DNA of 54,229 nucleotides. It comes from a virus. Lineage: Duplodnaviria; Caudoviricetes. The notes under the pieces were generated by a model. It made no database searches. It saw only the letters and a list, made by a program, of their open reading frames with translations, and was not told the DNA's origin. The stretch covers positions 1-54,229 of the IMG/VR virus record IMGVR_UViG_3300037485_001431; one strand, 5' to 3'. Position numbers and translations under genes: made by a program. Below, piece after piece: positions 29,851-39,197 of the stretch (its first letter is position 1; every line of letters starts with the position of its first letter).

Positions 29851-30266
29851 GTATGTATAGCGAACTAAAAGACATCTTTACTTATTTAGTGTCGGTTAGA
29901 AAACTTAAAAATTATATTTCCGTTGACATACAATTCCCAAAACAATGGAAAATACCTAAGAAGTATGTTAACGAAGATAAGATAGTTGAGAATGACAAAA
30001 TTGATCCTGATTACAGGTTTTTTTCATTTGTTACAGAATTTGATGAAAAGGTTCTTAACGAAACCGTTGGGAATGTTAAGAACATCATAGCGTATAACAA
30101 AGAAATTGAATTAAAAGAAAGATTGTTAAAACAAAAAATTGACGAACTTAAAAGAATTTTTGAAACTGAGAATATTGAAAGTTTGCAATCCTTAACATTT
30201 GATATACTTGAAGAAAAATTAGACGATGGAGAAGAAGTTATTGACACCGGAAGAGAAGCAGATTGA
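29847..30266 (+). CDS. Hypothetical protein
   Basis: Coupled ORF. Confidence 0.7.
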   Translation: MSMYSELKDIFTYLVSVRKLKNYISVDIQFPKQWKIPKKYVNEDKIVENDKIDPDYRFFSFVTEFDEKVLNETVGNVKNIIAYNKEIELKERLLKQKIDELKRIFETENIESLQSLTFDILEEKLDDGEEVIDTGREAD

Positions 30267-30426
30267 GTGGCTTAAAAATGAGATGGAAAAAGATAAAATG
30301 CAACTTGATAAAGAAAAACAAGAGATAATTGAATCTTTAAAACATCTTAAAAAAGAAGAAATTATTAAACCAAAAGAGGAACTTACCCTATGGAAGAGAA
30401 TAAAGAAAGTGTTGTTGGGATATTAG
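30226..30426 (+). CDS. Hypothetical small coiled-coil protein
   Basis: Overlapping in-operon ORF. Confidence 0.6.
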   Translation: MEKKLLTPEEKQIEWLKNEMEKDKMQLDKEKQEIIESLKHLKKEEIIKPKEELTLWKRIKKVLLGY

Positions 30427-30725
30427 AACAATTGGCGGTTATTACCGACGCAACGCAAGTATTATTCCCACAAGGTAAAACAATCATGGTTTTTGAGTTG
30501 AACCGAGAAGACTTCAAACACGTTCAAGGGAATTTTAGAGGTATTGATCAATACCACAACAAATTTTCAATTGATATATCTGGTGTGGAATTAGTTTTTA
30601 TTTTGGAGGGTGAAGTCAATTATGATGACCCAACTGAAATTAAAGTTGAAGAACCACCATCATTAAAGAAAAAATTAAGAAATCTTTTTTCTAGGTTTAA
30701 AAGTAGTAGTCCTCCTGTAAAGTGA
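30390..30725 (+). CDS. Hypothetical protein
   Basis: Overlapping in-operon ORF. Confidence 0.6.
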   Translation: MEENKESVVGILEQLAVITDATQVLFPQGKTIMVFELNREDFKHVQGNFRGIDQYHNKFSIDISGVELVFILEGEVNYDDPTEIKVEEPPSLKKKLRNLFSRFKSSSPPVK

Positions 30726-31325
30726 GGACTTTTTTATTCCCTTACTTTCCAAAAGGTCGTAAAGGTACTTTTTTTGGGGTTTAGATGTCTCACTAACGAT
30801 TATAGTATCCATTCTTGAGTTATCCAACATAAAATCACTTAAAGAGTCTAAGAACCGTAAAGATTCATTATCATTCTTAAATGAGAATAGGTTAATTTTA
30901 TCATCGTTCTGTAAAGCAACCTTATTGTTTACTCGTGATAGTAATTTAACTTGTGTTTTTGGTAGATACTTTTTAAGGAAAACCTCAAAGGTTATTTTTT
31001 TATTCTCATTAACATCAAATATTTTATCTGGTAACTTATAGTCCGACACCTCAATTAGTTTATAGTCGGGGTCATCTAATTCAACCTTTACCTGTCTACC
31101 CATATTATCCCTAACAAAATAAAGATCAAAATTAGTTTGAGTCTTTTCCAGTAGACCCAATTCAAAGAAACAATCTTCAGCATTTTCAATACGAGTATCA
31201 AATACCACTGATTCACTCTCCTTTTTTAGTTTATTATAAAAGGCTTGTGCACGTTCTTTGGTTACAAACTTGTTGATTATTTTTTTTCTTTCTTTATTTT
31301 TGAATAATACTACTAAGTAATTCAT
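30675..31325 (-). CDS. Hypothetical protein
   Basis: Likely start MNYLVVLFKN at 31325 with TATTTAT upstream; the longer start would overlap dnaJ. Confidence 0.7.
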   Translation of the reverse strand: MNYLVVLFKNKERKKIINKFVTKERAQAFYNKLKKESESVVFDTRIENAEDCFFELGLLEKTQTNFDLYFVRDNMGRQVKVELDDPDYKLIEVSDYKLPDKIFDVNENKKITFEVFLKKYLPKTQVKLLSRVNNKVALQNDDKINLFSFKNDNESLRFLDSLSDFMLDNSRMDTIIVSETSKPQKKYLYDLLESKGIKKSSLYRRTTTFKPRKKIS

Positions 31326-31354
31326 ACCAATAATATAAATAACAATAAAAATAA

Positions 31355-32272
31355 ATGAACGCTGACAATTATTACGAAAGTTTGGGAGTCCCCGAAACAG
31401 CAACACAAGACGAAATAAAAAAGGCGTACAGAAAGTTAGCCAAAGAAAATCACCCCGATGCCGGAGGTAATGAGGAAACATTCAAAAAGATATCGGTAGC
31501 ATATGATACCTTAGGTGATAACCAAAAGAGACAACAATACGACCAACAAAAAAACAACCCATTTGGTAATTTTGGGGATATATTCTCTTCAATGTTCAAT
31601 CAACAAAGACCCCAACAACAACAAAGACAAAATCATACAACCACTATTTCTGTGAACATAGGTGTATTAGATTCATATAAGTCAGATAAGAAAGCGTTAA
31701 CATATAAAAGACAAATACCTTGTGATCCTTGTAGTGGTACAGGTGGGGATAAAAAAATATGCCCTACTTGTGGTGGGTCAGGATCTGTCATTAGACAAGT
31801 TGGCACAGGAATGTTTGTACAAGTTGTTCAAATGGGGTGTGACACTTGTCGTGGTACCGGTAAAATGATAGTAAACGCATGTTTCCTTTGTCAAGGTGTT
31901 GGAACCAAAGGTGAGGTTAAAACACTTGAGATTCAATTACCTCATGGTATAGATAATGGTCAGTTTGTTAGACTACAAGGAATGGGTGACTATAGAAATG
32001 GTGTATTTGGTGATTTAATTGTTAGGTTGAATGTTGAACCACAAGATGGGTTTGATAAGGTTGAGAACCATTTAATATATAATGCCTTTTTAAATATGGA
32101 CGACCTTAAAAATGGTAGTTTACTTGTACCTCATCCTGATGGAGAACTAACTTTAAAATTACCAAAAGTAGTTGACACATCAAGACCTTTAAGAGTTAAA
32201 TCAAAAGGATTCAAGTTAGATACCGTTGGGGATCTAATGGTTAATCAATATGTTAAATTTGAGAGGGATTAG
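31355..32272 (+). CDS. dnaJ: DnaJ chaperone
   Basis: J-domain with HPD, four CxxCxGxG repeats, C-terminal domain. Confidence 0.95.
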   Translation: MNADNYYESLGVPETATQDEIKKAYRKLAKENHPDAGGNEETFKKISVAYDTLGDNQKRQQYDQQKNNPFGNFGDIFSSMFNQQRPQQQQRQNHTTTISVNIGVLDSYKSDKKALTYKRQIPCDPCSGTGGDKKICPTCGGSGSVIRQVGTGMFVQVVQMGCDTCRGTGKMIVNACFLCQGVGTKGEVKTLEIQLPHGIDNGQFVRLQGMGDYRNGVFGDLIVRLNVEPQDGFDKVENHLIYNAFLNMDDLKNGSLLVPHPDGELTLKLPKVVDTSRPLRVKSKGFKLDTVGDLMVNQYVKFERD

Positions 32273-32430
32273 AATAGAGAGTTAACGTCTCTAAATATTG
32301 CGTATAGACCATACAACGCCAAAGCAAATATTATACCACCAGCGGTCAAAACCAACGTTTGAGTATTTTTAATTTGTTTACTATCTTTACAAGTAGCACA
32401 TTTAACTTCGGTTGCCTTTTTCTCTTCCAT
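32269..32430 (-). CDS. Unlisted 53-aa CxxC membrane peptide
   Basis: [53 protein letters not shown]. Confidence 0.6.
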   Translation of the reverse strand: MEEKKATEVKCATCKDSKQIKNTQTLVLTAGGIIFALALYGLYAIFRDVNSLF

Positions 32431-32525
32431 GACTATAATTTAATTAAGTAAGTGTTGAAAATAAATATTAAAATAATATTTATTATTTGACGCACTTTTT
32501 CTATATTTCTTAATATTTATATAAT

Positions 32526-32690
32526 ATGATCAAACCAGGAAGACCAAAAAAAAATGAAGAAAATAAAAAGGTAAAATACGGTATTAGTATTGACCGATTT
32601 TTATTTGATAAAATGAAAAATGAGGAGATCAGCATTTCCAAATTTATCCAAGAATTGGTGAAGGAACATTATGATAAGAAAAAAATTTAA
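32526..32690 (+). CDS. Unlisted 54-aa ribbon-helix-helix-like protein with GRP (AT-hook-like) arm
   Basis: MIKPGRPKKNEENKKVKYGISIDRFLFDKMKNEEISISKFIQELVKEHYDKKKI. TATTTAT lies 5 nt upstream and the ORF overlaps the LAGLIDADG start. Confidence 0.65.
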   Translation: MIKPGRPKKNEENKKVKYGISIDRFLFDKMKNEEISISKFIQELVKEHYDKKKI

Positions 32691-33354
32691 TGAAGATTAT
32701 TTTGAGGTAATAGATACTCCTGAAAAGGCTTATTTACTTGGTTTTATTTTTGCGGACGGATGTTTAATTGATAACCCAAAAGAATATAGATATAAATTAA
32801 ACATCAAGATTCATAATAAAGATGAAGATATACTTAAAAAGTTTATAACTTTATTAGATAGTGAAGTTAAAATATGGAGAAGTAACAATAGAGATATTTG
32901 TGAAATTGGGTTTTCTAGTAAAAAAATGATAAATGATTTAAAAAATATTGGACTACACCAAAATAAAACATATACAATAGATTACCCCAAAATTGATGAA
33001 AAAATTGAAAGACATTTTTTGCGAGGATATTTTGATGGTGATGGGTGTATTAGAATTAGTGAAGATAAAAGAGACCAATCTAAACGAGGGGACTTGAGAA
33101 TTGTTGGGGGTTCAGTTAAGTTTATAGAAACTTTAAATGAAAGAATGGGTAAACTATTCGGAGTTAATGTTAATAAACTTTATGGTCCAAAGAATAAACA
33201 ATATAGATTTATTGGTTGGGCAGGTATGTCGGACATTGAACGAATTTACGATGGATTTTATTCTGACACAGACTTGTTTTTAACTAGAAAAAAGATTATC
33301 TTTGATGAGGTTATTGATATAATCAGAGATAAAAATAAATACAGAAAAAAATAA
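32671..33354 (+). CDS. Free-standing two-motif LAGLIDADG homing endonuclease
   Basis: YLLGFIFADGC and FLRGYFDGDGC. Confidence 0.9.
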   Translation: MIRKKFNEDYFEVIDTPEKAYLLGFIFADGCLIDNPKEYRYKLNIKIHNKDEDILKKFITLLDSEVKIWRSNNRDICEIGFSSKKMINDLKNIGLHQNKTYTIDYPKIDEKIERHFLRGYFDGDGCIRISEDKRDQSKRGDLRIVGGSVKFIETLNERMGKLFGVNVNKLYGPKNKQYRFIGWAGMSDIERIYDGFYSDTDLFLTRKKIIFDEVIDIIRDKNKYRKK

Positions 33355-33359
33355 TAATT

Positions 33360-34199
33360 TTGATTTCATATATTGGTGGTAAGAGTAGAATAGGTAAATG
33401 GATCGTTCCATTTTACGATAAAAATATGGAGGTATATGTAGAGACCTTTGGCGGAATGTTTTGGTGTTTTTTTAATATGGACCTAAAACAGTTTCCTAAT
33501 TTAAAGAAAGTTGTGTATAACGACTTTAACCCGCTGAACTACAACCTCTTCAAATGCGTTCAAAACCCAACAGAACTATTGAAAGCAATTAACGCGATTG
33601 ATTGTCAAAAGTTGGGTGTAGAACCAACCCCACCGATCTATAAAGAACAATTTATCAGCTTTCAGGCTGAATTATTTGCTGAGAATTTCAGCGTAGAACC
33701 TGGCAATTATGAGGTTGCGGCAAAATACGTTTATATTCTTACACAAGTTTTTAGTGGATCAAAACCAGAAAAATCAAATTTTATTGACTTAAAAGGGAAA
33801 TATAAATCAAAATATCTTACCTTTAGAGACAAGTTAATGAAACCTGATTGGATTGAGCATTTCCTTAAGATTACAGAAGTGGAGAATATGGACTTTGCTG
33901 ATGTGATTGAGAAATATGATTCACCAACAACTTACATTTATTTGGATCCACCTTATTGGAAAACAGAGAATTACTATTCAAATCATGATTTTGATAGAGA
34001 AGACCACGAACGTTTGGCGAACGTATTACACAACGTACAAGGTAAGTTCTCATTGTCTTATTATGACTTTGACATTCTTAAAGAATGGTTTCCTGAGAAC
34101 CAATATACTTGGGTTAAGAAGGAGTTTGCTAAAGCGGCTTCAGCTAAAAAAGGGACCAAACAAAACATGGGTGAAGAACTACTTATTATGAATTATTAA
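33360..34199 (+). CDS. dam: D12-class N6-adenine DNA methyltransferase (Dam-like)
   Basis: YIGGK, YVETFGG, YNDFN, YLDPPY, ELLIMNY; TTG start. Confidence 0.85.
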   Translation: MISYIGGKSRIGKWIVPFYDKNMEVYVETFGGMFWCFFNMDLKQFPNLKKVVYNDFNPLNYNLFKCVQNPTELLKAINAIDCQKLGVEPTPPIYKEQFISFQAELFAENFSVEPGNYEVAAKYVYILTQVFSGSKPEKSNFIDLKGKYKSKYLTFRDKLMKPDWIEHFLKITEVENMDFADVIEKYDSPTTYIYLDPPYWKTENYYSNHDFDREDHERLANVLHNVQGKFSLSYYDFDILKEWFPENQYTWVKKEFAKAASAKKGTKQNMGEELLIMNY

Positions 34200-34239
34200 T
34201 TTTTTTCGTTAATCTAATATTTATTATAAAAATATCGTT

Positions 34240-35610
34240 ATGTCTATTCGTTTCACAAACATTTTAAAAGACCTTATTGTTGAAAGCTCAAGGTTCCAAG
34301 TATTATACGACAAATTCGTAAAACCACCAAAAGGGGGTAAAGGAATTATTCCTTTTGAAACACTATTTGCGTTGATCGCTGCCGATCCTACATCAAAATT
34401 CCCTGATGGAATGGATGTTGATAATGTTAAACCGGCAGACATGGAACGAGTAAAAATTGGTAAATATGCTCAGTGGTTGTTGAAAAACTTTATCACACCT
34501 AAATTGGAACCAAATCACCCATTAAATATTTTGGATCCTCAATCAGGTCAATATAAATCAGCTTTAAAAGAGTTTCAAAGCCTATTCTTAGAGGATTTAT
34601 ACAAGGTAACTGGTGACTTACAAAAATTTGAAAGATTTAAAAACAGAATACCACAAGAATTTCGTGATATCAACAAATTAACACCTGAAACTTTATACGA
34701 TCAAGTTAAGGACTTCAGTTTGGAAAAAACTAAAGCGACTAAAGACGAGAAAAAAGAGGCTTCTAAAACATACGAACACCCTGGTGCTGATGTTGTTTAT
34801 CGTGGTCAAGATTGGACGGTGGCTAAGATTGCCGACACAGGTCAAATTGGTAAAGATGCGGCTTGTTTCTATGGTGGATCTTATCAAGAACCATCTAAAG
34901 GCGAAACAAGATGGTGTACATCATCTCCTGGTTTAACTTGGTTTGATCGTTACATCAAAGACGGACCATTATATGTCGTAATTCCAAATAAGGGTGCGGC
35001 ACATCAAGGTGATAAAGAGTATGGCGATGTTTCTGGACTTCCAGCACTTCGTTACCAATTCCACTTCCCATCAAATCAATTCATGGATCCATCAGATAGA
35101 CAAATCAATTTGATTGACTTCTTGAATACAAATGAAGAAGGTTTAAAACAATTCTTCAAGCCTGAGTTTATGAAATCGTTGTCGGGCGAAAAAGGAACTA
35201 AAGTTCAGGTTGAATACCCTAATGATTCGGCGTCTAAGTTTATTGCTCTTTATGGGTTTGATGAGTTCTTTCAATCGTTACCGAATAATCTACAGAGATT
35301 TACATTTAAGAATTCAAGTAAAGATAAGTTCTCTTTAAACATACCTAACGATATTGCAAGATTTAAAGATCTACAAGCACTTAACCTTGTTGGTTGTGTA
35401 TCATCTCTCCCTGATGCTATTTGTGACTTACCAAACTTACAATACTTGTCTTTGGTGGATAATTCAAACCTACAAAAATTACCTGAGTGTTTGGCAAATA
35501 TGCAAAACTTGATGGTGGTTAATGTGCCAGGAGCGGCAGGTAAAAACATCATTCCTCAATCATTATACGATCGTCAGGAACAAGATGAAGATTTCCACAT
35601 CTTTGAATAA
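34240..35610 (+). CDS. Hypothetical protein with T-x-WCT motif and C-terminal leucine-rich repeats
   Basis: ETRWCTS, YQFHF..NQFMD; LQALNL..C.V.SLP..I..L.NLQYLSL..N.NL..LP. Confidence 0.7.
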   Translation: MSIRFTNILKDLIVESSRFQVLYDKFVKPPKGGKGIIPFETLFALIAADPTSKFPDGMDVDNVKPADMERVKIGKYAQWLLKNFITPKLEPNHPLNILDPQSGQYKSALKEFQSLFLEDLYKVTGDLQKFERFKNRIPQEFRDINKLTPETLYDQVKDFSLEKTKATKDEKKEASKTYEHPGADVVYRGQDWTVAKIADTGQIGKDAACFYGGSYQEPSKGETRWCTSSPGLTWFDRYIKDGPLYVVIPNKGAAHQGDKEYGDVSGLPALRYQFHFPSNQFMDPSDRQINLIDFLNTNEEGLKQFFKPEFMKSLSGEKGTKVQVEYPNDSASKFIALYGFDEFFQSLPNNLQRFTFKNSSKDKFSLNIPNDIARFKDLQALNLVGCVSSLPDAICDLPNLQYLSLVDNSNLQKLPECLANMQNLMVVNVPGAAGKNIIPQSLYDRQEQDEDFHIFE

Positions 35611-35647
35611 CAGTTTTTTATAGTAAATTATTTTAATTCTTTATATT

Positions 35648-35887
35648 ATGGGTCCTATTTTAAAAAAAATTACAGAATTATCTCAAACTGAAGGCATATC
35701 AGAAGAAACAAAAATCGCTTTAACTATGTTAAAAAATGAAGTTAAAGAACTTGAACCAAGAGTAATTAATGATGCTTACTCAAAAGGATATATGGATAAA
35801 GAAAGTAATAAAAGACCCACTTGGGATTACTATAAAGCAAAACACTATTGTTATTTTTCAGAAATGAAACTTGGCCAATTGAATTGA
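35648..35887 (+). CDS. Hypothetical protein
   Basis: Co-oriented ORF. Confidence 0.6.
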   Translation: MGPILKKITELSQTEGISEETKIALTMLKNEVKELEPRVINDAYSKGYMDKESNKRPTWDYYKAKHYCYFSEMKLGQLN

Positions 35888-35905
35888 TTTTCGTATCTTT
35901 GTGTT

Positions 35906-36190
35906 ATGGAAAATCTTAACACGTTAGAATTACCCGAAATAAAGAACCTATGCAAACAGTACGGTATCGGGGCTGTTGGTGATAAAAAATCACTAATCAA
36001 AAAATTAAAATATTTCTTGGATCCTATTGAAGATGTGTTGAACACACATCCTGGTAGAAAATTGCAAAAAGACCAAAAGATTGTTGGTGTCAAAGTCAGT
36101 GAAAAAGAAAGACTTAATTCTATAATAAAGAATAAAGGTCAGTTCCTATATTATTCATTGGGATATCAATATTATTTGGTACAAGAATAA
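35906..36190 (+). CDS. SAP-domain-like small protein
   Basis: L.LPEIKNLCKQYGI...GDKKSLI.KL; TATCTTTG 4 nt upstream. Confidence 0.6.
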   Translation: MENLNTLELPEIKNLCKQYGIGAVGDKKSLIKKLKYFLDPIEDVLNTHPGRKLQKDQKIVGVKVSEKERLNSIIKNKGQFLYYSLGYQYYLVQE

Positions 36191-36219
36191 ACTATGAAGT
36201 ATTTATATAAAAAAAGTTT

Positions 36220-36522
36220 ATGAAAAAGAACATTAAAGAAGAATTGCAGGACATTAAGTTCCTATTCAACTATAAGGCAGGTAAAGTGTTATCAGAACAA
36301 TCTACAGATGATGTGGTTAGTTTTGATATGAACACTACTGAAATGGAAGAACAACGTGAGGTTGAAGTACCCGTTAGACCTGATGTTGACACACCAACCA
36401 AACCTAAAAAACCGGGAACACCATACCGTCCAAAACCAGGACCTAAAAAAGCACCTAAAGCAGAAAAAGGGGAGATGCCTGATTGGTTATCATTTGACGC
36501 ACTAGGAATTGATATTGAATAA
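36220..36522 (+). CDS. Hypothetical Pro/Lys-rich protein
   Basis: TATTTAT upstream; IKEE and VLSEQ leader. Confidence 0.65.
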   Translation: MKKNIKEELQDIKFLFNYKAGKVLSEQSTDDVVSFDMNTTEMEEQREVEVPVRPDVDTPTKPKKPGTPYRPKPGPKKAPKAEKGEMPDWLSFDALGIDIE

Positions 36523-36523
36523 T

Positions 36524-37759
36524 ATGAAAGATTTAAACAAAAAATTACACACGGAAGGTCTGACCAAAAAAGAATTTTTGCGTCTTGTTGAAGCACCTAT
36601 TGATTATGAAGGTCCTGAAAGAATGGAACCGGGAATTGAAAGAAAAATTACCGGTAAACAAACACCTTATCATGGATTCCCTGCTGTTCCTGAAATGGAC
36701 AGAGACTTTATTGAGTTAATATCTTCTAAAAGATTTAAAGACTCTGTTGATAAAGTAAGAACTGCGATGGGTAATACAAGAGCCATTCAAGGAGACAACC
36801 CATTAAATGGATTGATGATGACCGTAATGCAATCAATGCAACGATTGATCATGATCCAAATGCAAAACAAGAAAAGACTTGAGGATTTGGCTGTTGAGTT
36901 AGTTAGAACTGAAATGGGTATTCCTGAAGATGCGATGCAATTCAAGGCAGAACTTGTAATGCAACCTATGGGTCCAGCAGGAGGAATGCAAAACGAACCT
37001 GAAATGCCAAGTGAAGAAGAGGTTGAAGAATTTATGGGTGACATGGAAGAATTTAATTTGGAGAGATCCAAAAGAAGATTCATTAATTCACTTATTCAAG
37101 GAGCGGCATTCAAAGGAGGACATATGTTTAACTTGGTAAGAAATGAGATTAACGATATCAATCCACAATTGATGGATTTGTACACAACAACACAAGCCCT
37201 TATGGAACACGCTTATTGGATCTTTCCTGATATGGAAGGAATGGCTGGTGGTGGCGGTGGACAGATGGGTCAATCAGAAGTTGATGAAGAGACAGATCCA
37301 CCAACGGTTAAAGCTAAGGCGGTTACATTCCCATTATTGGTTCACGAATTAGTTAAAGGTGTGTATGAGATTTTTGGAACACACGGATTACCTGATGATC
37401 CAAAACAACAAGAAATGATCTTAAATGCTGAGGATACATTACCTGCAGAGATTTGGGATTCTCGTTTAGGTCCAATCTTCTGGGAAAAGTTTATGGCAAC
37501 ATACCCAATGGAATTATTTGATGAGGACAAAAAACACATCCAACATTATCTATTTATGAGATTCTCAGCTCTTGATGCGAGAGAGTTTATGAGAGTTGCA
37601 AAACTTATTTTGAGTGGTGACCCAAGAGGTAACAAGTTCATCCAAGATATGGTTAATGATATTGTTAGAGAGTTGAAAGACCAAGACTATCGTGACGCTA
37701 TGGGCGATGAGGACGATGACGATTTGAGTGGAATTGATTTTAGTGATTTAGGTCTTTAA
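36524..37759 (+). CDS. Hypothetical Met-rich protein
   Basis: Long ORF, likely start MKDLNK at 36524; LLVHELVKGVYE motif. Confidence 0.75.
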   Translation: MKDLNKKLHTEGLTKKEFLRLVEAPIDYEGPERMEPGIERKITGKQTPYHGFPAVPEMDRDFIELISSKRFKDSVDKVRTAMGNTRAIQGDNPLNGLMMTVMQSMQRLIMIQMQNKKRLEDLAVELVRTEMGIPEDAMQFKAELVMQPMGPAGGMQNEPEMPSEEEVEEFMGDMEEFNLERSKRRFINSLIQGAAFKGGHMFNLVRNEINDINPQLMDLYTTTQALMEHAYWIFPDMEGMAGGGGGQMGQSEVDEETDPPTVKAKAVTFPLLVHELVKGVYEIFGTHGLPDDPKQQEMILNAEDTLPAEIWDSRLGPIFWEKFMATYPMELFDEDKKHIQHYLFMRFSALDAREFMRVAKLILSGDPRGNKFIQDMVNDIVRELKDQDYRDAMGDEDDDDLSGIDFSDLGL

Positions 37760-37761
37760 TT

Positions 37762-37793
37762 TTTGACACCCAATCATAAAAGGTTTATATTTG
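37762..37793 (+). promoter_or_regulatory. Bacteroidota-type -33/-7 promoter (representative)
   Basis: TTTG-N20-TATATTTG. Other TAnnTTTG copies upstream of genes at 12368, 20276, 21565, 35894, 38148, 39039, 49319, 51824, 54181. Confidence 0.75.
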
Positions 37794-37797
37794 TTAT

Positions 37798-38082
37798 ATG
37801 AAGAATATAGATTGTGAAATATATATAAGTCAGATGATTACGTTTTTTGAAAACAATCCTGGTGACTTTATGGATTTGGTTGGTGACGTTCAGAAAGAAG
37901 ACTTTTATAAAAAGATCAGAGAACAAAGTCTAAAGAACTTGGAAGAGGGTAATGATTATGTTTTAACCAAACAACAAATTATTGATATTGTTGTTGAATT
38001 AAAAGTACCTGAGTTAAATGACAGGTTGAAAATTGAAAAACACATATTCAAGACAAAGTTTGGGGATATAATTTTGAACTAG
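37798..38082 (+). CDS. Hypothetical protein
   Basis: TTTG-N20-TATATTTG promoter 4 nt upstream, terminator downstream. Confidence 0.7.
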   Translation: MKNIDCEIYISQMITFFENNPGDFMDLVGDVQKEDFYKKIREQSLKNLEEGNDYVLTKQQIIDIVVELKVPELNDRLKIEKHIFKTKFGDIILN

Positions 38083-38089
38083 AAAGGAG

Positions 38090-38115
38090 ACCACGAATAA
38101 AATCGTGGTTTTTTT
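38090..38115 (+). terminator. Rho-independent terminator
   Basis: ACCACGA-ATAAAA-TCGTGGT plus T-run. Confidence 0.75.
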
Positions 38116-38159
38116 ATTTAATTTTTTGGTATTTATAAAATATTACATATCTTTGTATT

Positions 38160-38374
38160 GTTATGATAACAACTTGAGTTTGTGACTTGCAAGTATAAAA
38201 AAAAGTTACTTCATCATTTTGAGGAATGGTGATGGCAATCGAAAAGGAGGGGCGTATCCCCGAATACACGTAACTGTGGTGATTGTCGGTTTCCCTGTAT
38301 ACAGCCAAACAGGCGTTTTGTAACTTGACGATAGAAAGTTATAAAAAGGACGGACTTTTGTTCGTCCTTTTTTT
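38160..38374 (+). ncRNA. Candidate structured non-coding RNA (unknown family)
   Basis: Own promoter (TTTG 38125, TATCTTTG 38148), at least six stems, elevated GC, no credible ORF, ends in a terminator. Confidence 0.55.
38343..38374. terminator. Bidirectional terminator
   Basis: AAAAAGGACGGAC-TTTT-GTTCGTCCTTTTT. Confidence 0.8.
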
Positions 38375-38990
38375 ATATATGAGTTATTTTTTTTAACTCA
38401 GGTGTGTCGTGAAATTTTGCGCCTTTTATTTGGGTTATTAACATAATATTATAAGTCCCTTTTGACTCTTTTGATATTAATAATATTGTACTATAATCAC
38501 CTTGTCTTAATAAGATGTATTTTTTTTCGGGTTGAGACCAACTAACTGAATTGTCAATAAAATCATTAATTTTATTTTTACTATTGAATAATAAATCAAT
38601 ACCCTCAGTTTTACTTGGGTTTTTTATTTTAATATCTTTATATTTTCCTGACTTATAATCAGGTTCATTGACCCTAAAAAGTCTTTGTATCCAGTGATCT
38701 GTAACTTGGATACTAAAGTTTTTTTTACAGGTATATTTTACTAAATTATTTTTTTTATCAATTTTTTCTTTGATGTCGCTACACCAAGAATTATTAATTG
38801 TTGGAGGCCAATTATATTTACTCTCTATGTATTTTTTTAATTCGTAATAAAGTGATTTAGGGTATTCAATTGTTGCATTACCTTCGTTGAGTAAAAAACT
38901 ATTGAATGAGGAATCCAATACTATTTCATTAAGGTGAATTTCCGTCAATTCAATATGTTCCTTTAAAACCCTTCTTATAATTTGTTTCAT
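38373..38990 (-). CDS. Hypothetical protein with MKQIIRRVLKE leader
   Basis: TATTTAT 4 nt upstream. Confidence 0.7.
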   Translation of the reverse strand: MKQIIRRVLKEHIELTEIHLNEIVLDSSFNSFLLNEGNATIEYPKSLYYELKKYIESKYNWPPTINNSWCSDIKEKIDKKNNLVKYTCKKNFSIQVTDHWIQRLFRVNEPDYKSGKYKDIKIKNPSKTEGIDLLFNSKNKINDFIDNSVSWSQPEKKYILLRQGDYSTILLISKESKGTYNIMLITQIKGAKFHDTPELKKITHI

Positions 38991-39077
38991 AATAATAAAT
39001 ATTTATATAATAATATTTTGCAGAATAGAAAAATACATTATCTTTGTAAGAGTCAAACAAAAAGAAATATATGAGTT

Positions 39078-39194
39078 ATGAAAACAATAGAGGTTACATT
39101 ACAGGAAATATGGCAAGCAACTAGACCTATCGTGCAGAAAAGTAAGAAAGAATATACTCGTAAACAAAAACACAAAAACAAAGAAAAAAACTAA
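39078..39194 (+). CDS. Unlisted 38-aa basic peptide with ArfA-like motif
   Basis: MKTIEVTLQEIWQATRPIVQKSKKEYTRKQKHKNKEKN; downstream of TATCTTTG at 39039. Confidence 0.6.
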   Translation: MKTIEVTLQEIWQATRPIVQKSKKEYTRKQKHKNKEKN

Positions 39195-39197
39195 ACT

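Noticed and set aside
38114-38308. 64-aa minus-strand ORF, or a tRNA/SAM riboswitch, in the structured region
   Set aside because: No typical start context, and promoter and terminator favour a plus-strand RNA. No cloverleaf/TTC arm or SAM-I core is visible.
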